Source of the DNA: a virus
Lineage: Duplodnaviria > Caudoviricetes
IMG/VR virus record: IMGVR_UViG_3300036859_000142
Location: 1-55,211 of that record
Length of the DNA stretch: 55,211 bases
Reading direction: 5' to 3' (one strand)
Each line of letters opens with the position of its first letter. The stretch's first letter is position 1. Made by a program: the position numbers and the translations under genes. The notes beneath the pieces are model-generated. The model was given only the letters and a program-made list of their open reading frames with translations. It ran no database searches and had not been told where the DNA came from. Shown one piece after another: positions 1-8,371 of this stretch.

Positions 1-127
1 GCGGGATCCGCCGGTGATCCCTGGACCACGCCTCTACCCGGGGCGTACGGAGCAGGTACGGCAGGAAAGATCATTGGTGACAACGTGAACGCCACGATCA
101 GCAGTCGCGCCTCACAAGTCTCCGTCG
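1..127. repeat. Terminal direct repeat (identical to 55085-55211); circular-assembly overlap
   Basis: The first 127 nt (gcgggatccg...tccgtcg) recur exactly at the end of the window, and one ORF reads in frame across the junction. Confidence 0.97.
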
Positions 128-492
128 ATGACGTGCCGACGAATGCCGAGCTCACGACGGCACTCGGAACCGCCGACGATGCCGTACTCGCGCAGGTCGC
201 ACTTGTGAAGGCGCAAACGGACTTGATTCCAGCGGCACCTGCAGCGGTCGGAGATGTGCCGACAGCCCTGCAGAATGCGGATGCGTTGCTCGCTCGAGAC
301 TTGGGATCGGGCACTGGAGCCGGTACGTTAGATGAGCGCACGGTGCGATCGGCCTTGCGGTTCAGCCGGAACAAATTTGCCATCGCCGGCGGCGTACTCA
401 CGGTGAAAAAAGAGGATGACACGACCACGGCATGGACCTCGGCGATTACGACGACGGCTGGCGATCCCGTGTCCGCCTCTGATCCGGCGTAG
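1..492 (+). CDS. 3' part of a ~478-aa putative virion structural protein that starts at 54140 and wraps across the origin
   Basis: 54140 to 55085 is 945 nt, in frame with position 1; Ala/Thr/Gly-rich with repeated LDAAISSR/ATISSR-like motifs. Confidence 0.8.
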   Translation, partial: AGSAGDPWTTPLPGAYGAGTAGKIIGDNVNATISSRASQVSVDDVPTNAELTTALGTADDAVLAQVALVKAQTDLIPAAPAAVGDVPTALQNADALLARDLGSGTGAGTLDERTVRSALRFSRNKFAIAGGVLTVKKEDDTTTAWTSAITTTAGDPVSASDPA

Positions 493-494
493 CC

Positions 495-614
495 ATGTGG
501 GTCTGGCTGCTCATTCAGTTGACGTCTGGTTCAGGACTGGCGACTGCGCCAAGCGATATAGTCACGGTGGATGTGACGTTCCTGAAAACTGTCACCGTCA
601 ATACGGAGCGGTAA
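495..614 (+). CDS. Small hypothetical protein (39 aa)
   Basis: ATG 495 to TAA 614 fills the gap between flanking genes exactly (MWVWLLIQLTSG...). Confidence 0.45.
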   Translation: MWVWLLIQLTSGSGLATAPSDIVTVDVTFLKTVTVNTER

Positions 615-1001
615 ATGCCAGGACTTGACGCACGTCCAGAAGTCCATGTCGGCGACCTTGGCACGCTCTACCGTGCGCGTGTCTGGGATGAAGATGTTCC
701 CTTTGATCCAAGCTCGGCGCTCATTAAGCAACTGATCTTCCGATTACCTAATCACGACGTGATCACGAAGAACGCTACGGTGGTTGATGATGGCCTGAGT
801 CCTCCAACCGCGTGGTACCTCACGTACATGATTCAAGCCGGAGACGGGTTAGGCAGCCCTCCGCAAGAATTTCACCTTGAGCCTGGCCCAATGAAGATCC
901 AAGCGTTCTTGGAGTGGGCTGATGGGACACATTTCCATTCAGACGTGAGAACCACAGACGATCAAGGGCGTGAACTGCGTATCTACAGGAACTTGGATTA
1001 A
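615..1001 (+). CDS. Putative virion protein, BppU N-terminal/Ig-like
   Basis: VHVGDLGTLYRARVWD...YMIQAGD...IQAFLEW pattern resembles BppU-like domains; abuts its neighbours. Confidence 0.55.
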   Translation: MPGLDARPEVHVGDLGTLYRARVWDEDVPFDPSSALIKQLIFRLPNHDVITKNATVVDDGLSPPTAWYLTYMIQAGDGLGSPPQEFHLEPGPMKIQAFLEWADGTHFHSDVRTTDDQGRELRIYRNLD

Positions 1002-1190
1002 ATGACACGTGTGTCCCTCATGTTCAAGAACGGCAAGGTAGTCGAGCATCGGTTGCCTGATGGGGACATCCCTCGGGTCAGCCTGCCTATTTCCACCGTG
1101 CACGGGAACGGTGATGTAGGGCCAGCGCAGTTCGTACGGACAGGCTTACGGGATGCAGAGGATCGGCTGATTTACAAGGAAGAACCATGA
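1002..1190 (+). CDS. Hypothetical protein
   Basis: 62-aa ORF tightly coupled to its neighbours. Confidence 0.6.
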   Translation: MTRVSLMFKNGKVVEHRLPDGDIPRVSLPISTVHGNGDVGPAQFVRTGLRDAEDRLIYKEEP

Positions 1191-1405
1191 ATAGACGAGA
1201 AGCCTTAGCCGCCTTGATGTCCTTGCCTCAGGTCGCACGTATCAGTGTGGCCGATTTGAAACCTGATGATGTGCTGGTTTTTGAGTGTGAATCGCCCGTA
1301 TCCCAAGACACAGCCGAGCGCATCAAATCTTATGCGCAGGAAGTCTTTCCAGGCAGGAAGTGCATAGTTGTTTCGGACATGACGCTGAAGGTGATGAAGG
1401 GCTGA
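1187..1405 (+). CDS. Hypothetical protein
   Basis: 72-aa ORF with ATGA overlap and AAGGAAG SD. Confidence 0.6.
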   Translation: MNRREALAALMSLPQVARISVADLKPDDVLVFECESPVSQDTAERIKSYAQEVFPGRKCIVVSDMTLKVMKG

Positions 1406-1773
1406 TGCCGACGTCCGTGCTCCAATACTGTGCCGAGCCCTTATGTACCACCAAGGTCATGCATGGACGCTGTGCCCTACATAGTAGGCAGATCCAGCAG
1501 GCTCGAGGGAGTAGCACTGAGCGAGGCTATGGGTACCGCTGGCAGCAACGAGCTGCACGGTTTCTAAAGCACTTCCCTCTGTGCGGCATGCGCCCTGAGG
1601 AGCAAGCCCCAGTGATGAGTGAGTGTCATGCACAGCAGCGAGTCACCGAAGCCAAGCAAGTGGACCATGTAGTACCCCATCGAGGCGATCAGTCCTTGTT
1701 CTGGGATGAACTCGGGAACTGGCAATCCCTCTGTGCAAGCTGCGGCGCGAGGAAGTCGAAGGCGGGATTGTGA
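1405..1773 (+). CDS. Packaging-associated HNH endonuclease (HK97 gp74-like)
   Basis: RGYGYRWQ..., VDHVVPHRGD...FWD..NWQSLC..C motif; immediately upstream of terS. Confidence 0.88.
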   Translation: MPTSVLQYCAEPLCTTKVMHGRCALHSRQIQQARGSSTERGYGYRWQQRAARFLKHFPLCGMRPEEQAPVMSECHAQQRVTEAKQVDHVVPHRGDQSLFWDELGNWQSLCASCGARKSKAGL

Positions 1774-1820
1774 TGGGAGTATCACGCATAACCCTACGCA
1801 GTACCGACAACGACCGAAAT

Positions 1821-1895
1821 CAGGGCACCGGGGGGTACGAAAATGTTAACAATTCTTTCGTTTCTAGACCGCTGCCGCCTTCACGCGAGTTTTCG
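1821..1895. other. Putative cos/packaging initiation region
   Basis: Non-coding gap between HNH and terS with GGGGGGT...AGACCGCTGCCGCC; this position is typical of HK97-like cos phages, and the cut site was not determined. Confidence 0.4.
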
Positions 1896-1917
1896 GGGAA
1901 TTTGAGCCTCTGATTTT

Positions 1918-2358
1918 ATGGCTGGAAACGAAAACAGCGGGCGCCGCCCGAATCCCACGTCATTGACGGTGCTCCGCGGGAACCCAAGTAAGAAAAGGCT
2001 TAATGAAAATGAACCTGTCCCACCACCTGGAGAGATTCAGAAACCGGCCGAGTTGTCGGCGGCTGGCGAGCAGGTGTGGGATGAGCTCGCGCCGATCTGC
2101 TTGGCCATGGGCACGCTGACGACGGCTGACGTGCGGCCGTTTACCACGATGTGCGAATTACAGGCGACGTTCACCGCGGCGGCCAGGGGGAAGGGCAGCG
2201 CGGCCTTTGACGCGAAGCTGGAGCGCGAGACGGCGAACGCGCTGCGGCCGTATTACGCGCTGTTCGGCTTGGAACCGGTTTCGAGGGCGCGGATTCAGGT
2301 GCCAAAAACTGGCCAGCCGGCGCCACCGGCCAGTAAGTGGGCAGGGGCGCTGAAGTGA
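1918..2358 (+). CDS. terS: Terminase small subunit (P27 family)
   Basis: GRRPNPT...LRGNPSKKRLN...P..LS......W...FGL.P.SR.RI motifs. Confidence 0.92.
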   Translation: MAGNENSGRRPNPTSLTVLRGNPSKKRLNENEPVPPPGEIQKPAELSAAGEQVWDELAPICLAMGTLTTADVRPFTTMCELQATFTAAARGKGSAAFDAKLERETANALRPYYALFGLEPVSRARIQVPKTGQPAPPASKWAGALK

Positions 2359-3254
2359 CGCAGGAAACGGCGGCGGCCAGGGCGATTCGGTTAGTCAACC
2401 AGTTGACGCATACGAAGGGGCCGTTTGCCGATCAGCCGTTCAACCTTCGGCCGTGGCAAGTCCAGATTCTGAAGAAGTTGTTCAAGACGAAGCGCGACGG
2501 CTTGCGGCAATACCGGACGTGCCTGCTGATGCTGCCTCGGAAGAACGGGAAGACGGAACTCGCGGCCGCGCTAGCGATTTACTTTCTGCTGTTCGACAAC
2601 GAGATCGGGGCTGAGGTGTATTCAGCGGCAGCGGATAAGGACCAGGCGGCGCTCGTGTTCAACGTGGCTGCGCAGATGATCAGGAACGATGCCGAACTCC
2701 TGGCGCAGTGTGAACTGATCGATTCGCAGAAACGGATCGTGAACCGGCGCAGCGGGAGTTTCTATCGGGCGATTTCCGCTGAGGCCTACTCCAAGCACGG
2801 GTTCAACGCGTCGGCGGTGATTTATGACGAGCTGCACGCGGCACAGAGCCGGGAACTCTGGGATGTGCTGACGACGTCACAGGGCGCGCGGAAACACCCG
2901 TTGACACTAGCGATCAGCACCGCCGGGTACGACCGCCATTCGATCCTCTGGGAACTCTACCAGCACGCGAAGAAGGTATTAGAGAATCCCGCGCTCGATC
3001 CGACGTTCCTTGCAATTCTGTATGAAGCACCGATCGACGCCGACTGGACGGATGAACGCGTCTGGAAGAAAGCGAATCCGGCGCTCGGCGATTTCCGCAG
3101 CTTGGAAGAAATGCGTGTCGCTGCTGCGCGAGCTCAGGAAATCCCAGCGCAAGAGAACGTCTTCCGCAGACTCTATTTGAACCAATGGACGGAGCAGGCG
3201 GCACGGTGGATCCAGATGCCGACCTGGGATGCCTGCTGTGTGGTGAACGCATGA
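2355..3254 (+). CDS. terL: Terminase large subunit, N-terminal ATPase part (separate ORF)
   Basis: LRPWQ motif, Walker A PRKNGKT, Walker B VIYDELH, ISTAG motif III; GTGA overlap with terS. Confidence 0.95.
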   Translation: MTQETAAARAIRLVNQLTHTKGPFADQPFNLRPWQVQILKKLFKTKRDGLRQYRTCLLMLPRKNGKTELAAALAIYFLLFDNEIGAEVYSAAADKDQAALVFNVAAQMIRNDAELLAQCELIDSQKRIVNRRSGSFYRAISAEAYSKHGFNASAVIYDELHAAQSRELWDVLTTSQGARKHPLTLAISTAGYDRHSILWELYQHAKKVLENPALDPTFLAILYEAPIDADWTDERVWKKANPALGDFRSLEEMRVAAARAQEIPAQENVFRRLYLNQWTEQAARWIQMPTWDACCVVNA

Positions 3255-3910
3255 CTCGCGCTGAATACCGCGCGAGCCTTCGTGGCCGACGGATGTATGT
3301 CGGACTGGACCTCAGCTCCACGAAGGATCTGACGGCTGCCGTCGGAACGTTTCCGGATGACGACGGCTTCGATGTGCTCCCCGCGTTCTTTTGTCCGAAG
3401 GATACGATCAAGGAAAGGTCGACACGGGATCGTGTGCCGTACGAGCAATGGATGCGCGATGGTCAGCTGATAGTCACGCCTGGAAACGTCGTGGATTACG
3501 AGGCGGTCCGCAAGCAGTTGCTAGATTGGGCCGACGAATTCGATCTACGCGAGATTGCCTACGATCCGTGGAACGCCACCGATCTCGTGACACGTCTTCA
3601 GGCGCAAGACGGCTTCGCCTGCGTGCCGATGCGCCAGGGGTTTGCCTCGCTGTCCTCGCCGACGAAATCACTCGAAAAGGCGGTCTTGTCCCGGACGTTG
3701 CGGCACGATGGCAATCCGATTTTGCGGTGGAACATGTCGAACGTGTCGGTCGAAAGCGATCCGTCAGGGAATATCAAAGTCTCCAAGAAAGTCTCGACGG
3801 AGCGGATCGACGGCGCGGCGGCATTGGTGATGGCAGTGGACGTCATGGAACGGAACAACAGCCAGAAGACGCCGAATTATGAAGTCCGGTTCTTTGGAGG
3901 GGTGCGGTAA
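3251..3910 (+). CDS. terL: Terminase large subunit, C-terminal nuclease part (separate ORF)
   Basis: YVGLDLSSTKDLTA, IAYDPWNA, RIDGAAAL RNase H-like motifs; ATGA overlap with the ATPase ORF. Confidence 0.93.
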   Translation: MTRAEYRASLRGRRMYVGLDLSSTKDLTAAVGTFPDDDGFDVLPAFFCPKDTIKERSTRDRVPYEQWMRDGQLIVTPGNVVDYEAVRKQLLDWADEFDLREIAYDPWNATDLVTRLQAQDGFACVPMRQGFASLSSPTKSLEKAVLSRTLRHDGNPILRWNMSNVSVESDPSGNIKVSKKVSTERIDGAAALVMAVDVMERNNSQKTPNYEVRFFGGVR

Positions 3911-4098
3911 TGGCCAAGCCAGGCCGTCCTCCGTTGGACGCCGCCGCGACAGCTCCGTCGGCTAATGTGCAATTACGTATTGCCGCCTCCGACTACGATC
4001 GGGCTCAAAAACTCGCCAAAGAATGCCGAGAGTCCGTCTCGGACACGATTCGTCGCGGCCTCAAGCGACTCCTAGACGAGCGCGGCAATAGCATTTAG
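3910..4098 (+). CDS. Small ribbon-helix-helix DNA-binding protein
   Basis: GRPP...VQLRI....YD.....A.....SVSDTIRRGL pattern. Confidence 0.6.
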   Translation: MAKPGRPPLDAAATAPSANVQLRIAASDYDRAQKLAKECRESVSDTIRRGLKRLLDERGNSI

Positions 4099-4225
4099 TA
4101 ACAGAAAATAGGTACCTCGTCGGTCACTCCGTAGCCTCTAAGCTACGGTAAAGCACTCCTTATTTCCGTCTGCTGGTCAAGCCGAGCCACTGCGCTGGAA
4201 TCGGCGTCTCTCCAAAGCGTTCGAC

Positions 4226-7200
4226 GTGGCTGGGGAGCAATTTCCTGCCCGATCTGTCGAGGAAGCGCTCGTCGCCAAGTACCTCGAAGTTGAAATCAAG
4301 CATCTCGAACGGCGGGAGACACGCGTCCCCGCTGTTCGCATGGGCGCCTTTCTCACGGCTGTCAACGATGTTCTGCGGAAGTGGTCAGTTGACGACGTTC
4401 GGAATCTGAATTCCCGCGGGGAAGAGACGCCGCCCAGCTACGACATCATTCAGTTGAATTCCACGCAGAGCGCAGACTTCCTCGTCGATGGCATGCGGTT
4501 TCTGCATACGGCGGATGTTGCCAACGGTCAGCGCGCCAGCCTCCGAGTGCAAGCAGCCTGGTATGGCTTGGACGTCACGGCCTATGGGTTGCGCACTACT
4601 GGCACGGCAGAAAAGCTCCTCGGCGAAATCACCCACCGGTCCAAGGAAATCAATTTTCTGAAGGGCGAGGCGTTTTCCCTCTCAGGGGAATTCCTGCCGA
4701 AGACTGACGAGACATTCGCGGATTTATTCCTTGAGCAGAAGAATGCCGCGGCGCTTGACCGCGTAGTGAAATTGGTGAACGCCCGCGGGAAGACACTCGA
4801 GAACCGTGGCGTGCTGTTAATGGGACCGCCTGGCACTGGTAAAACGCTGGCGGCGCGGATCGTCAGAAACGAAGCCAAGGCCACGTTTATCTGGGTCAGT
4901 TCGCGAGACTTCCATTACAGCGGCAGCTTCGGCGGTTTCACGCAGGCGTTTGACATCGCGCGCGAATGCGCCCCATCCGTCGTCGTCTTTGAGGACATCG
5001 ATAACTGGTTGTACGACACGACGGTCGACCTGATTAAGACCGAGATGGACGGCGTGTCGAAGAGCGCCGGCGTTGTCACGGTCATGACAACGAACTACCC
5101 AGAACTCCTACCTGCCGCGCTAATTGATCGCCCTGGTCGTTTCCATGACGTGTTGAAGTTTGACCTGCCGAACGAGGCTGCGAGAAGCCAGATGCTGCAT
5201 CGCTGGCTCCCCAGCCTCACCACGGCTGATGTTATCCGAGCAGTCAAGGCGACCGCCGACTATAGCGGCGCGCACGTCCGAGAATTAGCCAGGTTTGCGA
5301 AGATCATTGCGGAGCAAGACGCGCTACCGATCGATCAGGCGCTCACCGTTGCGCTCACCAAACTCGCCGAACAACGCGACCTGATCACGACGACGCAGCG
5401 GACAGGGTCTCGTTATCGGATGGCGCCGGAGCTGCTGCAGAAGGCTGGCGCCACGACGGCGCGCATTCCGCAGCGCGCCTACGCACTGCTGCGTGTCAAG
5501 TCGATCGATGGAACACGACGCGTGTTCTCAGGCATGGCGACGACACCAGAACCAGATCGGCACGGGGACATCGTCGATCCGGCCGGTGTGAAGTTCCACA
5601 ACCCGCTGCCGCTACTGTTCCATCACGATCCCAAACACCCCGTTGGTACGGTGACCTTCCATCCGGCGACCACCGCCGGGATCGCCTTTGAGGCCACCTT
5701 GCCGGTCATCGAGGAGCCCGGCATCTTGAAAGATCGGGTCGATGAGGCCTGGCAGTCGATTAAGGCCGGCCTCATCACGGGCGTCTCGATTGGGTATCGC
5801 GTGGTCGACAACGCGATCCAAGTTCTCAAGGATGGCTCCGCAAAGCTGCTCAAGACGGAGGTCTTCGAATTAAGCCTCGTCACGATTCCAGCCAACGCGC
5901 AAGCCACCATCCTCAACGTCAAATCGCTTGATCTGGCCGCGTCCGGCCTTCACTCGCCCGGCGTTACGGGCCTCCCCGTTGTCCGAGCGCGCAAGGACGC
6001 GCCAGCTATGACTATCACCGAACAAATTACGCAATGGTCGAATACGCGTGCGCCGAAAGCCGCGCGGATGACCGAGTTGATGGCCAAGGCCGCTGACACC
6101 GGCGTGACCCTCGACGAGACACAGGCCGAGGAATACGACGGCCTCGAGCAGGAGATCAAGAGCATCGATGTGCATCTCACGCGGCTGCGTTCGGCTGAAC
6201 AAGCCAACCTCGCGGCCGCGACGCCGATCACGCCTATCACGACACAGACCAAGGCGTCCGAGATGCGTTCCGGCATCTCACAGGTACATGTCAAGCCGAA
6301 TGTGCCCAAGGGCACGGCGTTCACCCGCTACGTGATGGCGAAGATCGTCGGCAAGAACAGCCTGTCCGATGCGATTCGCTACGTCGAACAGAACCAGCAG
6401 TGGATGGATCAGACGCCGGAAGTCGCGCTGGCCCTGAAGGCCGTTGTGAATCCTGGCACGATCGCGGAACCTGCATGGGCGGCGCCGCTCGCGGTGGCCC
6501 GGCCGATGGTCGACGAATTCCTCGACATCCTCCGACCGGAAACGCTGATCGGCAAGATTCCAGGCTTGCGGAATGTGCCGTTCAACATCTCCATTCCGGT
6601 GCAGACCGGTGGTGGGACGTACAACTGGGTCGGAGAAGGCGCCCCGAAGCCGGTGGGCCAGCTCCAGTTCGCGAGCGTGACGCTGGGGATCGCGAAGGCC
6701 GCGGGGATCATCGTGATCTCGGAAGAGCTCGCGAAGATCTCCAGTCCGTCGGCGGAAGGCGTCGTACGCAACGACATGATCCGCGGGATGGCGCAGTACC
6801 TCGATCTGCAGTTCATCGATCCGACGATCGCGGCGGTGGCGAATGTCTCGCCGGCCTCGATCACCAACCTCGCGAACGGCTTCGCCACGGCCGGCACCTC
6901 GGGCGACAACGCGCGCACCGACATCAAGAAAGCGATTACCTTGATGACGGCGGCGAACTATCCGATCTCGGAAGTCGTGCTGATCATGTCTGAGGCGAAC
7001 GCGTTCGCACTGTCAACCGCGCTCAGCACTAACGGCGTGCGTGTTAATCCGGATCTGACGGCGAAGGGCGGCAACATTCTCGGCGTGCCCGTCGTGACGA
7101 GTCAGGCGGCTGGGCAAGTTGTCGCACTCGTGCATGCGCAGTCGATTCTGTTTGCTGATGATGGTGGTGTGAACATCGATGTGAGCCGTGAGGCGAGTGT

Positions 7201-7357
7201 CGAGATGAACACCGCACCGACGTCACCGGCGACGGCATCGAGTGTCTATATCTCGCTGTGGCAACTGAACTTGATAGGTTTACGCGCAGAGCGCTTCATA
7301 AATTGGAAACGCGCGCGGACTACGGCCGTAGTGTATACGACCGCAACTTATGTGTAA
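4226..7357 (+). CDS. AAA+ ATPase - HK97-type prohead protease - major capsid protein fusion (1043 aa)
   Basis: Walker A GPPGTGKT (~4823-4846), Walker B VVFEDID, TTNYPE...DRPGRFH; protease FSGMATTPEPDRHGDIV...LLFHHD...GVSIGY...FELSLVTIPAN; capsid from MTITEQ (ATG 6008) with YNWVGEGAPKP and SLWQLNLIGLRAERFINW. Confidence 0.93.
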   Translation: MAGEQFPARSVEEALVAKYLEVEIKHLERRETRVPAVRMGAFLTAVNDVLRKWSVDDVRNLNSRGEETPPSYDIIQLNSTQSADFLVDGMRFLHTADVANGQRASLRVQAAWYGLDVTAYGLRTTGTAEKLLGEITHRSKEINFLKGEAFSLSGEFLPKTDETFADLFLEQKNAAALDRVVKLVNARGKTLENRGVLLMGPPGTGKTLAARIVRNEAKATFIWVSSRDFHYSGSFGGFTQAFDIARECAPSVVVFEDIDNWLYDTTVDLIKTEMDGVSKSAGVVTVMTTNYPELLPAALIDRPGRFHDVLKFDLPNEAARSQMLHRWLPSLTTADVIRAVKATADYSGAHVRELARFAKIIAEQDALPIDQALTVALTKLAEQRDLITTTQRTGSRYRMAPELLQKAGATTARIPQRAYALLRVKSIDGTRRVFSGMATTPEPDRHGDIVDPAGVKFHNPLPLLFHHDPKHPVGTVTFHPATTAGIAFEATLPVIEEPGILKDRVDEAWQSIKAGLITGVSIGYRVVDNAIQVLKDGSAKLLKTEVFELSLVTIPANAQATILNVKSLDLAASGLHSPGVTGLPVVRARKDAPAMTITEQITQWSNTRAPKAARMTELMAKAADTGVTLDETQAEEYDGLEQEIKSIDVHLTRLRSAEQANLAAATPITPITTQTKASEMRSGISQVHVKPNVPKGTAFTRYVMAKIVGKNSLSDAIRYVEQNQQWMDQTPEVALALKAVVNPGTIAEPAWAAPLAVARPMVDEFLDILRPETLIGKIPGLRNVPFNISIPVQTGGGTYNWVGEGAPKPVGQLQFASVTLGIAKAAGIIVISEELAKISSPSAEGVVRNDMIRGMAQYLDLQFIDPTIAAVANVSPASITNLANGFATAGTSGDNARTDIKKAITLMTAANYPISEVVLIMSEANAFALSTALSTNGVRVNPDLTAKGGNILGVPVVTSQAAGQVVALVHAQSILFADDGGVNIDVSREASVEMNTAPTSPATASSVYISLWQLNLIGLRAERFINWKRARTTAVVYTTATYV

Positions 7358-7385
7358 AAGGTTGTAAAATAAAGACTTACACAAC

Positions 7386-7440
7386 GTGCGCGTCTAGGCT
7401 TAGCGGCCGAAATACCTGCCCTGATCAGGCTGACGCGCAC
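7386..7440 (+). ncRNA. Structured three-way-junction RNA element (copy 1)
   Basis: GTGCGCGTC/GACGCGCAC 9-bp stem enclosing TA-GGCT(TAGC)GGCC-GAAA and a CCTG..CAGG hairpin; same architecture at 15348. Confidence 0.55.
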
Positions 7441-7480
7441 GCTCTTTTTATCAGGTCGCTTTCTTATCAGGAGGAAGCAA

Positions 7481-8161
7481 ATGGCAGCGTGCGTGATCTG
7501 CGGCGATGTGACACCGCTACCGAAAAAGCGAGGACAAGCGCCGAAGTATTGCAGTCAGAAGTGCCGACTAGATGGGCGTGGCTTAGCGAGACAAACACTT
7601 AGAGCAACGACGCCTGACACCGTCCGAGGACGGAATCGACTCAAGCAAGCGAAGTGGCGTGCGAACAAGCCTGAGAGTTTCCGAGCGTATCGCAAAAAGC
7701 ACTACGCGGAGAATCGCCAACTGATTCTTCAGCAACGCAGAGAGAGACTGGATCTTGGGAAAGAGCGCGCGATGGCGCGACAGAGATATGCCAAGAACCG
7801 TGAGCATGTCAGGGCACGTGAGAATGCCAGGCGAGAGCGCGCTGACATCAAAGAGTCGGCTCGGCGCCGCACGGCGTTGTGGCGCATTCAGAATCCAGAA
7901 CGCTCCAAACAAAACAACTTCCGATCTGGGGCTGAGTGGCGTGCTCGAATTAAAAATCTGTTCATTGAAACTATCAGCCGCACGGTGGTCTTTGTTCGCG
8001 ACAAGGGTCAATGCGGCATCTGCTCAACGCCAGTCGATCCCGCCAGCCCGTGGGAAGTCGACCACATCATTCCGATCTCCAAAGGCGGGCCGCACTCGTA
8101 CGCCAACGTTCAACTCTCTCATCGGAAGTGCAATCGCCCTAAGAGCGCACGCCTGCTCTAG
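7481..8161 (+). CDS. Free-standing HNH (homing) endonuclease
   Basis: CVIC...YCSQKC N-terminus; RDKGQCGIC...EVDHIIPISKGGPHSYANVQLSHRKCN C-terminus; GGAGG SD. Confidence 0.9.
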   Translation: MAACVICGDVTPLPKKRGQAPKYCSQKCRLDGRGLARQTLRATTPDTVRGRNRLKQAKWRANKPESFRAYRKKHYAENRQLILQQRRERLDLGKERAMARQRYAKNREHVRARENARRERADIKESARRRTALWRIQNPERSKQNNFRSGAEWRARIKNLFIETISRTVVFVRDKGQCGICSTPVDPASPWEVDHIIPISKGGPHSYANVQLSHRKCNRPKSARLL

Positions 8162-8176
8162 TCAGGCGGTGGCCTA

Positions 8177-8371
8177 GTGGCCAAGAAGGACGGGAAAGAT
8201 CCGACCGTCTGGATGCGCACGATCCGCCCGCACACGTACGAGAACAAGCCGAAAGACGTGGGCGATATTTACCTCGCGCACGAAGACATGGTCGAGACCA
8301 TCGAAAAGGTCTTGCAGTTTGCCGTGCGGGACACCCCGCCCCCTCGAGCCACGCGGAAACCAGCCGAGTAA
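8177..8371 (+). CDS. Hypothetical head-module protein
   Basis: 64-aa ORF abutting the portal start. Confidence 0.6.
   Translation: MAKKDGKDPTVWMRTIRPHTYENKPKDVGDIYLAHEDMVETIEKVLQFAVRDTPPPRATRKPAE

Noticed and set aside
1-127. Biological terminal repeat of the virion DNA
   Set aside because: It falls mid-gene and its length fits an assembler overlap; the HNH/P27 terminase layout points to cos ends near 1.8 kb
7386-7440. Hammerhead ribozyme
   Set aside because: It has a three-way junction and GAAA but lacks the CUGANGA core
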